From positions 1,856,001-1,920,000 of the forward strand of contig NZ_JAQNDL010000003.1 in assembly GCF_028368995.1 (NCBI RefSeq): 64,000 bases of DNA, written 5' to 3'. The position numbers and the translations under genes were made by a program. This DNA comes from Nannocystis bainbridge (GTDB taxonomy: Bacteria > Myxococcota_A > Polyangia > Nannocystales > Nannocystaceae). Numbering within the stretch: the stretch's first letter is position 1; each line of letters starts with the position of its first letter. The notes under the pieces are model-generated. The model was not told the DNA's origin. It did no database searches and was given only the letters and a program-made list of their open reading frames with translations. This document shows positions 8,911 to 19,300 of the stretch, in pieces.

Positions 8911-10275
8911 CTATCCCTCAAGTCGGCGCGTTCTCGGCGCCGGGGCGGACTGTTGCTCCTTGGGCGCTTCGGCTTCGGGGGCCTCCGGAGGTTCGAACGA
9001 ACGGCCGTGCTTCGCGGCCAGCTCCTCCGGCGTCAGCTTGCCGTCGTCGAGCTCTAGCTTGTAGTGCGCGGCGGGGGCGTATTGCTCGTGGAGGTCGACG
9101 CGATCCATCACGTCGATCAGCTCGCGCAGGAACAGCCGCGGCGCGAGGGCGACCTTGCCGCCGAAGCCGGCGGTGATCTGTGTGACAAGGGCGCCGAGGA
9201 AGCGGTCGTCCACCTTGGCAGCGACGCGGTCGGCGTGCTTCGCGGGGTACAGGTCGCGCACGCAGCGGCCGACGGTCAGCAGGCGCTCCGGCGTGAACGG
9301 CAGCAGGCGTACCTGGGTCGCTCGGAGGTTGTCCCATTGCGGGTCGTCGCCGAAGTTGACCTGGACGCGTTGGTATAGCGGAGCGAGAGCCTTGAGGCCC
9401 TTGTAGCCCTCGAAGAAGTCGCGGGTGCCGGTGACGACCAGGTACAGGCCCGGGAGTTCCTCCTTGGCGAGCATGTCCATGAGCTGCCGGAGGGCGTTGA
9501 GCGACTTCTCGCGGGTCTGCGCGTTCATGCGCTGAATCGTCTCGACCTCGTCGAGGACGACGACCAGGCCATCGTAGCCGGACTGGCGCAGAAGCTGCAG
9601 CAGGCCGGCGAGGAAGGTCAGCGACGCCTGACCGTCGACCTTGCCCTTGGTACCGGCGGCACGGAGGACCGAACGGTCGGTGTGCGGCTGGCCCGCGAGC
9701 CAGGCGAGCAGACCCTGCGCGGTCGAGAAGTCCCCCTCATGGGTCGCGCGGTGGTAGGCGCGGAGGATCTGGGCGAACGCAGGGTTGCGCCGCGAGAGGT
9801 CGGCGAGTTTGTCCTCGAGGCGCTGCTCGGTCGCGTCGGCGAAGTTGGGGTCGTCCTCGGTCATGCCGCGCAGGCGCATGACCTCCTCGCCGATCTGGTA
9901 CAGCCAGCCCTCGACGACGGCCTGGAAGGCGTTGGGGCCGTCGGCCGCGGTCTCGAGCCGCTCGATCAGGCGGCGGTAAACGGTCTCCAAGTGGTGCAGC
10001 GGGGTGTCATTGATCGAGATCTGGACCTCGGCGGTCGCAAATCGGCGCTCGCGCGCCTTCGCGCATAGGTAGCGGGCGGCGAAAGTCTTGCCGGTGCCGT
10101 ACTCGCCACGGATCCACTTGGCGAGGCCCTTACCGGTGGCGACGAAGTCGAGCTCTTCATTGACCGCGCCGAGCAACTTCTCGAGGCCGGTAGCGAAATG
10201 TCCGAGGCCCTGGGCGGGCACGAGGCCGCTGCGCAGGGCGTTGACGATCGTCGCCGACTCGTTGACTGCGGGCAT
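8911..10275 (-). CDS. brxD: BREX ATP-binding protein BrxD
   Basis: ALRSGLVP start, IRGEYGTGKT Walker A, VVVLDEVE Walker B; overlaps the pglZ stop (TGATG). Confidence 0.9.
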   Translation of the reverse strand: MPAVNESATIVNALRSGLVPAQGLGHFATGLEKLLGAVNEELDFVATGKGLAKWIRGEYGTGKTFAARYLCAKARERRFATAEVQISINDTPLHHLETVYRRLIERLETAADGPNAFQAVVEGWLYQIGEEVMRLRGMTEDDPNFADATEQRLEDKLADLSRRNPAFAQILRAYHRATHEGDFSTAQGLLAWLAGQPHTDRSVLRAAGTKGKVDGQASLTFLAGLLQLLRQSGYDGLVVVLDEVETIQRMNAQTREKSLNALRQLMDMLAKEELPGLYLVVTGTRDFFEGYKGLKALAPLYQRVQVNFGDDPQWDNLRATQVRLLPFTPERLLTVGRCVRDLYPAKHADRVAAKVDDRFLGALVTQITAGFGGKVALAPRLFLRELIDVMDRVDLHEQYAPAAHYKLELDDGKLTPEELAAKHGRSFEPPEAPEAEAPKEQQSAPAPRTRRLEG

Positions 10276-12848
10276 CAGCGGTCCTTTCCTTGATAACGAT
10301 ACATGGTCTCACCGCTCGGCAGCTTCTCGTCGGTGAATAGCGTGTGGCCCGAAGCGTGGAGGGCTCGCTTGAGCGTGACCATCAGGCCGTTGAGGCGGCC
10401 GGGGTTCTTGCGCAGGCGCTCGGCGAGCTCGCTCGCGCGGGCCGAGCCGTTCTCGCGCAGGAGGACGAGGACGGACTTCTCGTCGTTGCCGAGCTTGGCC
10501 AGGAGCTCGGGCGGGAGGGGCAGCGCGTCGGCCCGCTCGGCGGGGTTGAAGAGGGTGAGCTGTGGTTTGGGCGCGGTCGGCAGCTTGTCCGAGGGCGTCT
10601 CGATCGGCAGCTCGACGGGGCGCGGCGGCGGGACGGGCTCGACGACCGAGCCCTGACCGAACCACCACGCGGGCTCGTCGGCGTGGAGGCCGTCGCGCTC
10701 GAGCCAGGCGAGGGGGACGACCATCTCCTCGAGGCTGCACCCGCCGTGGAAGCCGACCTGCGGGGAGCCGAGGTAGGCGCCGCTGCGCCATGCGAACGCG
10801 CGCCGCTCGGGCGGGCCCCCGAGGCCCCCGAGGTCGATCTCGATGAAGCTGTCCGGCGCGGCGTTCTTGCCGAGCGGGAGGAAGCGCGGCGCCCCTTTCC
10901 CGGCGCCGACCCGCAGCTTGTTTTCGACGTAGGGGCTGTGGCCGTGGTCGGCGGTGACGAGGATCTTCCGCCGCGACTTGAGGGCGACCTGCAAGCTCGG
11001 TTTGAAGGCGCTGATGTCCTCGGGCGAGAGGCGCACGGTCGAACCGGTGTTGACGGAGCCGATCTGGTCGTCGACGGCGTTGAACACCGCGGCGACGACG
11101 TCGAGCGACTCGTCGGCGAGCGCAGCGAGCAGCGCCTGCCCTCCGTCGGCGAGGTCGGCCTTGAGGAACAGACGGCGGTTGCGCCGCTCGAGGGCCTTGT
11201 TTTGGTTGAAGCGGGCCTTGTCGGTCTTCGCCTCTTGCTCGTCGCGGAAGACGGTCTCGGCGGCCAGCGGGTCCTGCGGGAGCTCTCCGAGGAAGATCGC
11301 GCCGCGCGCGTGGCTGGTGATGGTCGGCAGCGGCGAGAGCGCAGGAATGCCGGCGACACGGCCGTCCGCGTCGGGGCGGATCCCGATCGGGAAGGTGTTG
11401 TCCTGCGAGAGCGCGTGCAGGAGCTCGAGGAAGACGGGGTAGCTGCAACCGTCGAGCACGACGAGGAAGAGGCGCGCCCCGGGATCCTGCTGCCATACGG
11501 GGGCCACGGTGCGCTTCCACAGGCGATGCAGCGGCGTCAGCCCGGTGTGGTGCAGCGCGGCCTCGTAGCCAGCCGCCAGGGCCGCCGCGAACTGCTGGTT
11601 CTCCCGCTCGCGGCGCGCATAGGCGGCGGTGAGGACTGACTTTGCCTCGGCGTGGTGCGCGGCGCTGCTGGCGAGGGCGCGGCGGAGCTGCAGGATCGCC
11701 AGATCGGCGAACGCGCCGTTGCGCTGGTAGTCCTGCACCTGGGCGAGGATGTCGGTCGACGGCGTGAACGGCTGGTCGAGGTAGCGCGAGAGGCGGCCCA
11801 TCGCCACGAGGACGGCCAGGCTGACGCGGTTGATGTTCGCGGAGCGATGGGCCGTGAGCCAGGAGATTTCCGCGAGGCTGATCGCCTTGCCGTCCGCGGC
11901 CTGCTTGGCGAGCGCGTGACAGCGGCTGGCGAACGCGAGCGGCAGCACGTGGCTGGTCTGGAGCTGCGCCGGAAGGAGACACTCGCGGCCGATCCGGTCG
12001 GCCTCGTCGAGGAGCGGCGTCGCCAGGTCGCCGAGGATCGCCAGCGTGTCCTCGGCGAGGCGGGTCAGCACGCGGCGCAGGATCCGGCGGTCCATCTCGA
12101 GCGGGGGTTCGGTCGCCGCCTGCCACAGCGGGCCCCAGACCGGCTTGCCGAGCTCCGGCACCTCGACGGTCAAGATCGCGCCGTGGATGACGAGTTGACG
12201 CAGGCGGCGCTCGGGCTGGGCGAGCGCCCACGAGAGCAGCCGGCCGTCGTCGCCGTGCATGGTCAGCAACGCGTCGCGCACGAGCTGGCTGACGCCAAGC
12301 GACCACTGCGGCGGCTCCTGCACCCACGCAGCGAGCAGTTGCGCCGGTGTCTGGGTGCGGACGCGCTCGCCGACGCTGACGTCGACCAGCATCTCGGTCA
12401 ACAGCCGCCGGTCGATCACGGTCGGCAGGGTCCGGTGGCTCATCATCACGCCGAGCTTGTGGACATGCTCGAGCGCGAGCTTCTGCATGTACGGCGCGTC
12501 GGCGCCGACGACGCGGACGCCGAGGTGCGCCTCGAGCACGTCGTTGATCGTGAGCGCGTGGACTCGTTGATCCTGGGCGCGTCGCAGGATGTCCGGCGCC
12601 TTCTGGATCTGGAGCGCGACCGCCTCGGGCATCACGGCGATCAGCGGCGCTCCCTTGGCCCTCCAGAGCAGGTGTCGCAGGCCGAGCTCGGTGGCGATGC
12701 GGTGGACGCGATAGACGCCCTTGGGCGTCGTCATTTGCTCGGGCAGGTTCTCGAGGCCCTCACTGTCGATGACGAGCAAGAAGCCCTTCTCGTTGGCGCC
12801 GCCTGACTTTTCGAGCAGGCCACGCAGGAGCAGGTGAGCCGCGCTCAC
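10275..12848 (-). CDS. pglZ: BREX-2 alkaline-phosphatase-family protein PglZ
   Basis: VVLDG, LPTITSHAR, TADHGH and HGGxSLEEMVVP motifs; C-terminal wHTH. Confidence 0.9.
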   Translation of the reverse strand: MSAAHLLLRGLLEKSGGANEKGFLLVIDSEGLENLPEQMTTPKGVYRVHRIATELGLRHLLWRAKGAPLIAVMPEAVALQIQKAPDILRRAQDQRVHALTINDVLEAHLGVRVVGADAPYMQKLALEHVHKLGVMMSHRTLPTVIDRRLLTEMLVDVSVGERVRTQTPAQLLAAWVQEPPQWSLGVSQLVRDALLTMHGDDGRLLSWALAQPERRLRQLVIHGAILTVEVPELGKPVWGPLWQAATEPPLEMDRRILRRVLTRLAEDTLAILGDLATPLLDEADRIGRECLLPAQLQTSHVLPLAFASRCHALAKQAADGKAISLAEISWLTAHRSANINRVSLAVLVAMGRLSRYLDQPFTPSTDILAQVQDYQRNGAFADLAILQLRRALASSAAHHAEAKSVLTAAYARRERENQQFAAALAAGYEAALHHTGLTPLHRLWKRTVAPVWQQDPGARLFLVVLDGCSYPVFLELLHALSQDNTFPIGIRPDADGRVAGIPALSPLPTITSHARGAIFLGELPQDPLAAETVFRDEQEAKTDKARFNQNKALERRNRRLFLKADLADGGQALLAALADESLDVVAAVFNAVDDQIGSVNTGSTVRLSPEDISAFKPSLQVALKSRRKILVTADHGHSPYVENKLRVGAGKGAPRFLPLGKNAAPDSFIEIDLGGLGGPPERRAFAWRSGAYLGSPQVGFHGGCSLEEMVVPLAWLERDGLHADEPAWWFGQGSVVEPVPPPRPVELPIETPSDKLPTAPKPQLTLFNPAERADALPLPPELLAKLGNDEKSVLVLLRENGSARASELAERLRKNPGRLNGLMVTLKRALHASGHTLFTDEKLPSGETMYRYQGKDR

Positions 12849-15800
12849 TCGGCATCCTCCTCACGTGCGAGGACGATCTGAATGCTCGCCTCGCTCTGGT
12901 TTGCCAGCGCCCGCCGCACCTGGGCGAGGAACGATGAGACGGCGTCGGGGTCGCCGGGGTTGAGGCGCTGCTTGAGGAGGATCTTGGCTTTCGTCGGCTC
13001 GGGTTGCGGCGGAGGCGGCGGCGGCGGTTTCGGTGTGATCGGCGGCTGGGCGATCAGGCGGTGGACGAGCTCCTGCGCGCGCTGGTTCCAGCCGAGGATC
13101 CACGTCTTCGTGATTGGCTGCTCGGCTTCGGCGGCGGCGATCCGGGCGTCGAGGGCGGCGAGGTGATCGCTGACTTCGACGCCGAGCGCCGGGTGATTGG
13201 CGCCCGCCTTCAGAGCGTCGCGTGCGTGTTCGTTGATCTCGACGAGCGCGTCGCGCAGAGCTTCGCACTGCTGAACGACGGCGCGGAGTCGGTCCGACGG
13301 GTCATCGGGCCACTGAGCGAGCAGCTCGCTCAGGACCTTGTGGCTGTCGGTGGTCGCCTGGGCGAGCGGGGCGAGCCGTGTGTTGGCAGCCGCGAGGTCC
13401 TCGAGGCGGGCGCCGGACTCGATACCGAGGTTGATCAGGCGCTGATGGAGGGCCTGCAGGACCGTGCGCCGGGCCTGCCCCTGCTGCTTGAGCGCGAGGG
13501 CGAAGCGATCCTGCGCCTGCAGCGAGCGGTGAGCGGGCGGGCGCTTGACTGCGAAGAGGTGGTCGCCGAGGTCGCGCAGTCGATGCCACTCGGCGGCGCC
13601 GACGAGCTTGCCGCGCTGCAGCCGCACGCGCGTGGTCGGCGGCATCCCGATCTTGACGTCGATCGGATCGCCGGTCAGCTCCTCAAGCGCCCGGTGGTCG
13701 CGCTGGCACAGGAAGCTGAGAAAGAGGTCGATGACGGGCGGCTGGAAGCCATAGGTGTCCCTGAGGTACTCGGCGACCGGGGCCCAGGAGACCGAGTCGT
13801 GGTCGGCGCGCTGGAGGACATCCTTGATGTAGCGCGAGTCGAGGCGCAGCGACGCCTTGGTCTGGCCGAGGTTGACGAGCTCGAGCGGCTTGCCGATCTT
13901 CTCGAGGATCTTGCCCTTGCTCTCGTCGTAGGGGACGGAGACGTTGGTCTCGCCGGCGGCGATCATCCATTCGAGCAAGCCGTCCAGTTCGGCCTTCTTG
14001 GGCTCCATGTCGAAGACCGGGTGCTGCGTATACCTGCGATCCATGAGCAGGGTGGCGATGCGCTTCAGGTTCTCGTGCAGCGTCTCGTACGGGCGGCTGC
14101 CGTCGATGTCGGAGATCAGGGCGAAGAACTCACCGTGGCGGATGTAGACCTCGACGAGCAGGGCGTCGATCTGGCCGGCGAGGTTGTTCGCCCGGATCTC
14201 CGCCTGCTCGATGATCTTCTTGCGATCCTGGGGACCGTAGGTCTCGAGCAATTCGGCCTGGCCGACCTCGGAGAGCAGGAAGCGGACGGCGGCGAGCTCG
14301 GTGAGGACGGCGAGCTCGCTGGTGCTCATGTGCCGGGGCAGCCAGCAGACCGTGTGCAGAAGACCCTGCTTCTTGCGCACGTTCGTGGCGCGCATGCGGT
14401 CCTCGTCGACGCTATGTCCGGGGTCGTCCCACGGGTAGTCGACGAGGATCTTGAACGTGCCCGGCGGCGGGTCGAAGTCCTCGTAGGACATTTCGCGCAC
14501 GTTGCCGAGCTTGAGCCGGCCGCGGCGGGGGGTCTTGCGCCACTGGAGATCCCAGTCGCCCTCGGTGGAGCCCTCCTCGAAGCCCTTGAGCTTGTCGACG
14601 CCGAGGGCCTTCTTGAGGGCGGCCCACAGAATCTTGAAGCGCTGCTGCGGGCTGTCGACCTTCGAGCGGGCGCGGGTGAGGACGTCGGTGAGGCTGACTC
14701 GGCCGAGCACGTAACGCACGAGCGCGGACTTGCCCTGGCCGGCGATCTGGAGGTCGGGCAGGCTCTTCGACAGCGCGAGCAGGTCGGTCTCGGCGATCAG
14801 GACCAGCCCGCGGGGGGTGTCGCCGACGACGTCGGCGGAGTTGAACTGGACGAGGCGCTCGATGGTCAGGCCGCCCTGCTTGAGTCGCGGCGAGACCTCG
14901 GCGAGGAGGACCGTCTTGACGAACTGGTCGAGCGCGCGCTGGCGCTCCTCGTTGAGTTCGGGGTTTTCGCGGGCCAGCGCCTGGATCGCAGGGGCGAGTC
15001 GAAGGTAGTACTGATGATGGATGTCCTGCATCAGCTCGGCCTTCTTGCTGGCCTCGACGCCGGACTCGGGGAAGATGGCGGCGAAGGCGGAGCCGACCGG
15101 GAGGAACTCGCCGAGCTTCAGGTCCGGGTAGTGCAGGACGAGCAGCTCGTACAGCAGGCGCAGCGCCGAGCGCTCGCGCTGCATCAGCGAGGACACGTCG
15201 ACCAGCATCTCGATCAGCGCCGGGTGGAACGGGTAGACGTCCTTGAGGTATTCGATGTCGCCGCCGGCCAGCAGCAGCGGCAGCGCCTTCTGGTGGCGCT
15301 CGACGAGGCTGCCGACGGCCCTGGCGATCGCGGCCGGGTCGCGGGGACGGAGGACGCGGCCCTTGACGATGTGGCGCAGCTCGACGTCGCGGAGCTCGGT
15401 GACCTCGAAGCGCTTAGCGTGGTGGTCGAGGTGCTCGTGGATCTTGCTCTCGTCGACGAGGTCGGGGAAGAACTCGCTCAGCTTGCGCTGGCGGGCGACG
15501 AACACGAACATCGGCGCGGGTCGCTGGCCGGTGTTGTGGTCGACGATCACGTTGAGGTTGTTGATCTCCTGGACGAACTCCTGGCCCGACTTCTCGGCGA
15601 GCCACAGCAGGAACTCGTCGAGCATCAGGACGACGCCGCCGAAGCCCTGCGCGCGGGCATGCTCGGTCATGCGCCGCAGGCCGTCGCTCCAGCGCGGGTC
15701 GATGCCGGCGGACGCGGGATCGCGGCCCTTGTGCTTGATCCAGGCCAGGGCGAAGCGCTCGCGCCCCGCGGGCGAGCCAGCGGCGAGCGCCTCGAAGTCC

Positions 15801-16384
15801 TCGCGCCCGCCGATGATCGAGGCGGTCTCGAGGCGCTTCCAGACGATGTCGCCGTACTCCTGGGCCTCGCGGCGGACCTCCTCGAAGATCGTGTCGACGT
15901 TGAGGAAGTTGAACGGCGCCATGCCGCGGCGCTTGAGGGCCTGGTTGAAGCCCTCGTAGACCGCGCGGTCGAGGCTGGTGGTCCGGCCGCGGACCGACAG
16001 CATGTGGATCCGGACGACGAGCAGATTGGCCCGCGGCAACCACTCCTCGTGCGCCCGCTGGCCGGCGAGCAGCGGGCGGAACTTGTCCCAGGCCGGCGCA
16101 GCGCCCTCGATCAGCAGCGAGAGCATCGTCATGAAGTGCGACTTGCCGCTGCCGAAGCTGCCGTGGATGAAGCGCCCATACTCCTCGCCGCGGTCGAAGA
16201 CCTGCTTCATGTCAGTGAGGATCCGCGGGAGCTCCTTCTCGACCGCGGGGGTGATCACGTAGTCGTCGACGAGCTTCTTGACCTCGTCGGAGTCGGGCGC
16301 GGCCTCGCGCAGCTTGATGACGAAGCCCATCGCCCGGATGTCCTCCGGACTCGGGAGATCATAGGCGTCACGGATCGTGGTCAT
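12845..16384 (-). CDS. pglY: BREX-2 ATPase PglY
   Basis: IHGSFGSGKSHFM Walker A, LMLDEFLLWLA, YPFHPAL and QRERSAL; lies between pglX and pglZ with 4-bp overlaps. Confidence 0.9.
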   Translation of the reverse strand: MTTIRDAYDLPSPEDIRAMGFVIKLREAAPDSDEVKKLVDDYVITPAVEKELPRILTDMKQVFDRGEEYGRFIHGSFGSGKSHFMTMLSLLIEGAAPAWDKFRPLLAGQRAHEEWLPRANLLVVRIHMLSVRGRTTSLDRAVYEGFNQALKRRGMAPFNFLNVDTIFEEVRREAQEYGDIVWKRLETASIIGGREDFEALAAGSPAGRERFALAWIKHKGRDPASAGIDPRWSDGLRRMTEHARAQGFGGVVLMLDEFLLWLAEKSGQEFVQEINNLNVIVDHNTGQRPAPMFVFVARQRKLSEFFPDLVDESKIHEHLDHHAKRFEVTELRDVELRHIVKGRVLRPRDPAAIARAVGSLVERHQKALPLLLAGGDIEYLKDVYPFHPALIEMLVDVSSLMQRERSALRLLYELLVLHYPDLKLGEFLPVGSAFAAIFPESGVEASKKAELMQDIHHQYYLRLAPAIQALARENPELNEERQRALDQFVKTVLLAEVSPRLKQGGLTIERLVQFNSADVVGDTPRGLVLIAETDLLALSKSLPDLQIAGQGKSALVRYVLGRVSLTDVLTRARSKVDSPQQRFKILWAALKKALGVDKLKGFEEGSTEGDWDLQWRKTPRRGRLKLGNVREMSYEDFDPPPGTFKILVDYPWDDPGHSVDEDRMRATNVRKKQGLLHTVCWLPRHMSTSELAVLTELAAVRFLLSEVGQAELLETYGPQDRKKIIEQAEIRANNLAGQIDALLVEVYIRHGEFFALISDIDGSRPYETLHENLKRIATLLMDRRYTQHPVFDMEPKKAELDGLLEWMIAAGETNVSVPYDESKGKILEKIGKPLELVNLGQTKASLRLDSRYIKDVLQRADHDSVSWAPVAEYLRDTYGFQPPVIDLFLSFLCQRDHRALEELTGDPIDVKIGMPPTTRVRLQRGKLVGAAEWHRLRDLGDHLFAVKRPPAHRSLQAQDRFALALKQQGQARRTVLQALHQRLINLGIESGARLEDLAAANTRLAPLAQATTDSHKVLSELLAQWPDDPSDRLRAVVQQCEALRDALVEINEHARDALKAGANHPALGVEVSDHLAALDARIAAAEAEQPITKTWILGWNQRAQELVHRLIAQPPITPKPPPPPPPQPEPTKAKILLKQRLNPGDPDAVSSFLAQVRRALANQSEASIQIVLAREEDAE

Positions 16385-19300
16385 GCGTCGTCCTCTTCGT
16401 CCTGCTTGGCCTTGCGGGCGCGTGCGACGGTCTTCTTGGGAGGCTTGGGGGGCGGGAAACGCTTGCGCCAGTCCTCGAGCATCTCGCGGCTCGGGCCAGT
16501 CGGACCGACGAGGGCCTGCAGTTCGGCTTTCAAGCGGGCGGCTGCCTGGCCGTCTTCGCGGGCGACCTCGGGGAGCAGACGCCAGGCGCTGTCGAGCAGG
16601 GCGATGCGGTCGGCGAGGGATACACCGGCATCCTCACGATCCTCGTCGATAGCGAGGATGGCCTTGAGGCGCTGCAGCGGGGTCCAGCCGGCCCAGCCGT
16701 AGAGAGTTCCGGCATCAGTGGAGCCATGGACTTCGGTGAACGCGATGTATCGTTCGCGTGGCACGTCGAGCTTGCCGCGAAGCTCAAAGATCCGACGCGT
16801 GTTGAAATCTGGCTGGGCGTAGGTCGGGGGGACCGCGGGTGTCACCCTTTCGCCCGCGTCTTCACGGCGTTGATCCTCCCAGGTCTGCTCCCAGGCTTGA
16901 TGCTTTACGAGACCTGACTTGCTGTATCGATGGAACGGATGGTTAGGCACTGCATCATCTGTAAGCAACTCCAAAACAAGTCGATCGTGACTATAATCGC
17001 AACGTGCCGTCATGAGTTCAGCAAGCATCGAGAAGCGGGGCTCCTCTTGCAGGTCCGCGGCGATACGCCCGAGATCGAAAGGAACGTTCCGCTTGCGAGC
17101 TGCAAATTCGACCAGATCGCTCAGCAAGAGGCGGAGTCGGTCACCGAGGCGATCAGCGAAGGTCTCGACCCTTCCGGCCAGATGTTTCGGAGTCAACAGC
17201 CATCGCCGCTTATAGCTCTCATGTTCAATCAACGCGAGCGCTGGCGAGCGCTCGACGGCAAGCATCCTCTCTGTCCAGACTTTGGCGATACGCTCGTCTA
17301 GATCCGAAGGTAAATCTTTCATGAGCAACTGCCCGTCGACCCCATACGCCCTTCCTGACCGAGCTTGAAGGACTTCGAACGGACGAGCCCCGAGGGGCGC
17401 CCCCGAAGTCCGTTCAATGTGATCCGGAGAAATCCTCGGAAGGTTCTCGACGAGACCATATAGATGGTACACGGACCAGTCGATCTCCTCCTGCAGGACA
17501 ATCTGCTGACGCAAAATCTGACTCTCGCGCGATTCTGCCTCCTCAAGGAGGGCCCGAATTTCATGGCTCGGAAAGGGTTCAAGAGTTCGAATGTCAGGAA
17601 GTGCAGCAATCAGCACGCCAGCGCGCTCGGCTGCGAGTTTGTCCAACCGCCGAGCACATTCTAGCAATACTTCTCGACAAGGCCCCACATCCGGGAAAGG
17701 GAACTCCTGAAGACCGGTTACCGTAAAGTCGTAGGCAATCTTCGCGGCATCAGACTGCCATTTTCCTGCGGACGTTCCGCCCCCCTTGTTGTGGAAGACC
17801 TGCTTCATCCAGAAGCAACCCGCAGACGAATTCAGCACGCCAAGCGCCGAATAATACTCGGCCTCCGTCGCAGCGCGAGGGAGCTTTATCACCGGCGCGC
17901 TTCGATTAAATGCCTTGCCGCCACGATCGAGGATAAAGTGATTATGAGTCGCAATGAAAGCAAATGCGATAGCCAGGGGGGTCCGGAAGCGCTCCTTCGT
18001 TATTTGGCCGTGATCCCACCACGGGCGCCCTGCAGTTCGGAAAGTGTCGCCTCCGAAGACCGCCCTCTCTTCGAGTAGCCTGCGAAAGCGCCAAAGGAAT
18101 CGTTCCACGCCAGTATTTTCAGGCAATGGCCGAAGCTCAAGGTCATCGTTATACGGAAAAATAACCGCAGGACCGCCAATGATGGTCCAATCCCGCAGCA
18201 TATCTCCGTTTCCGAATAGCTTAAGCCAACTCGAATCACACCCGTGCCGCTCAAAGGTCGAAAACTCTTGGACAAACACTTCATCCTGCTTAGTAATGCA
18301 CATGTAACCGATGGACTCAACCTGATCAGCAAGGCGCCCGAGCGAACGGCTTTCAATTCGAACTTTTAGCTCAGCCGCGCCTCCTCCGCCAAGGCTCCAA
18401 GGATGCTTCGAGAGTGTTGCACGCGGCACAGCAGACACGCTCACAAAGTCATTTTCGAATCCGACTCGACACCATCCCTCCTCAATGGAGGACCACACCA
18501 ACGCCTTCGCTGGCTCCGCAGGAATCCCGCTCTCGCCGCGCTTGCTCATGACAACGCGTACGTCTTCACCGAAAGCGCGACTATTTCTAGCGAAGAGCAA
18601 CACGGTCGGGGTGCCGTGGCCGGGGATAAATGCCTGCGAAGTATCGACGACAAGCGTCAGGTCGAGGTTGCTCAGGATCTTCTCAATGAGCGGCTCACCG
18701 AACTCCCGTTTCATGAAATTATTACTGGTTATGATCCCGACGAATCCCTCTTTTTCGGCGAGTTGAAAGGAGCGCTCAGTGAACGGCGAACCCAGCGAAT
18801 ACTCCCGGTAGGCTGAAACGTAGCGCTGTGCCTTTCCAATTTTCTCGCGGTGATACGCCTTGCTCGCCGGGTCTCGCTCGGTGATGTAGGGCGGGTTCGC
18901 CACTACGGCATGGAATTTCGCCGTCAGCACCGGGCGGAGGGCAGCGCGCACATCGGCGCGCGTAAACGTCGGGCGCGGCTTCTCTGCGGACTTTGCGCTC
19001 TCGAAGAGGCCGAATTGCTCGCTCGGCTTGCTCTCATCGCGTTCGACTTGCTCGAGCCCGTCGGCCCAGTATACGTGGGGATGGAACTTCGCGGCGTCAG
19101 CGAGCGCCGTCACGCCCGCGAGTTCGGCGGCGGTCATCACGAGGCGAGCGCGTGCGAGAGCGCAGGCGTAGTCGTTGAGGTCCATGCCGACCACGCGGCC
19201 GAGGGCATGGAGGGCGAGTTGCTCGCGCGACCAGTCCTTGTGCTGCACCGCGGTGGCCTCGAAGATGCGCTTGAGGCCGTCGATCAAAAAGTGTCCGGAG

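Noticed and set aside
13004-16702. 1232-aa + strand ORF (likewise 30481-33423, 21330-23618, 61159-63654 and other long antisense ORFs)
   Set aside because: These are shadow frames of motif-bearing genes on the opposite strand, expected from high GC3; they carry no motifs of their own.
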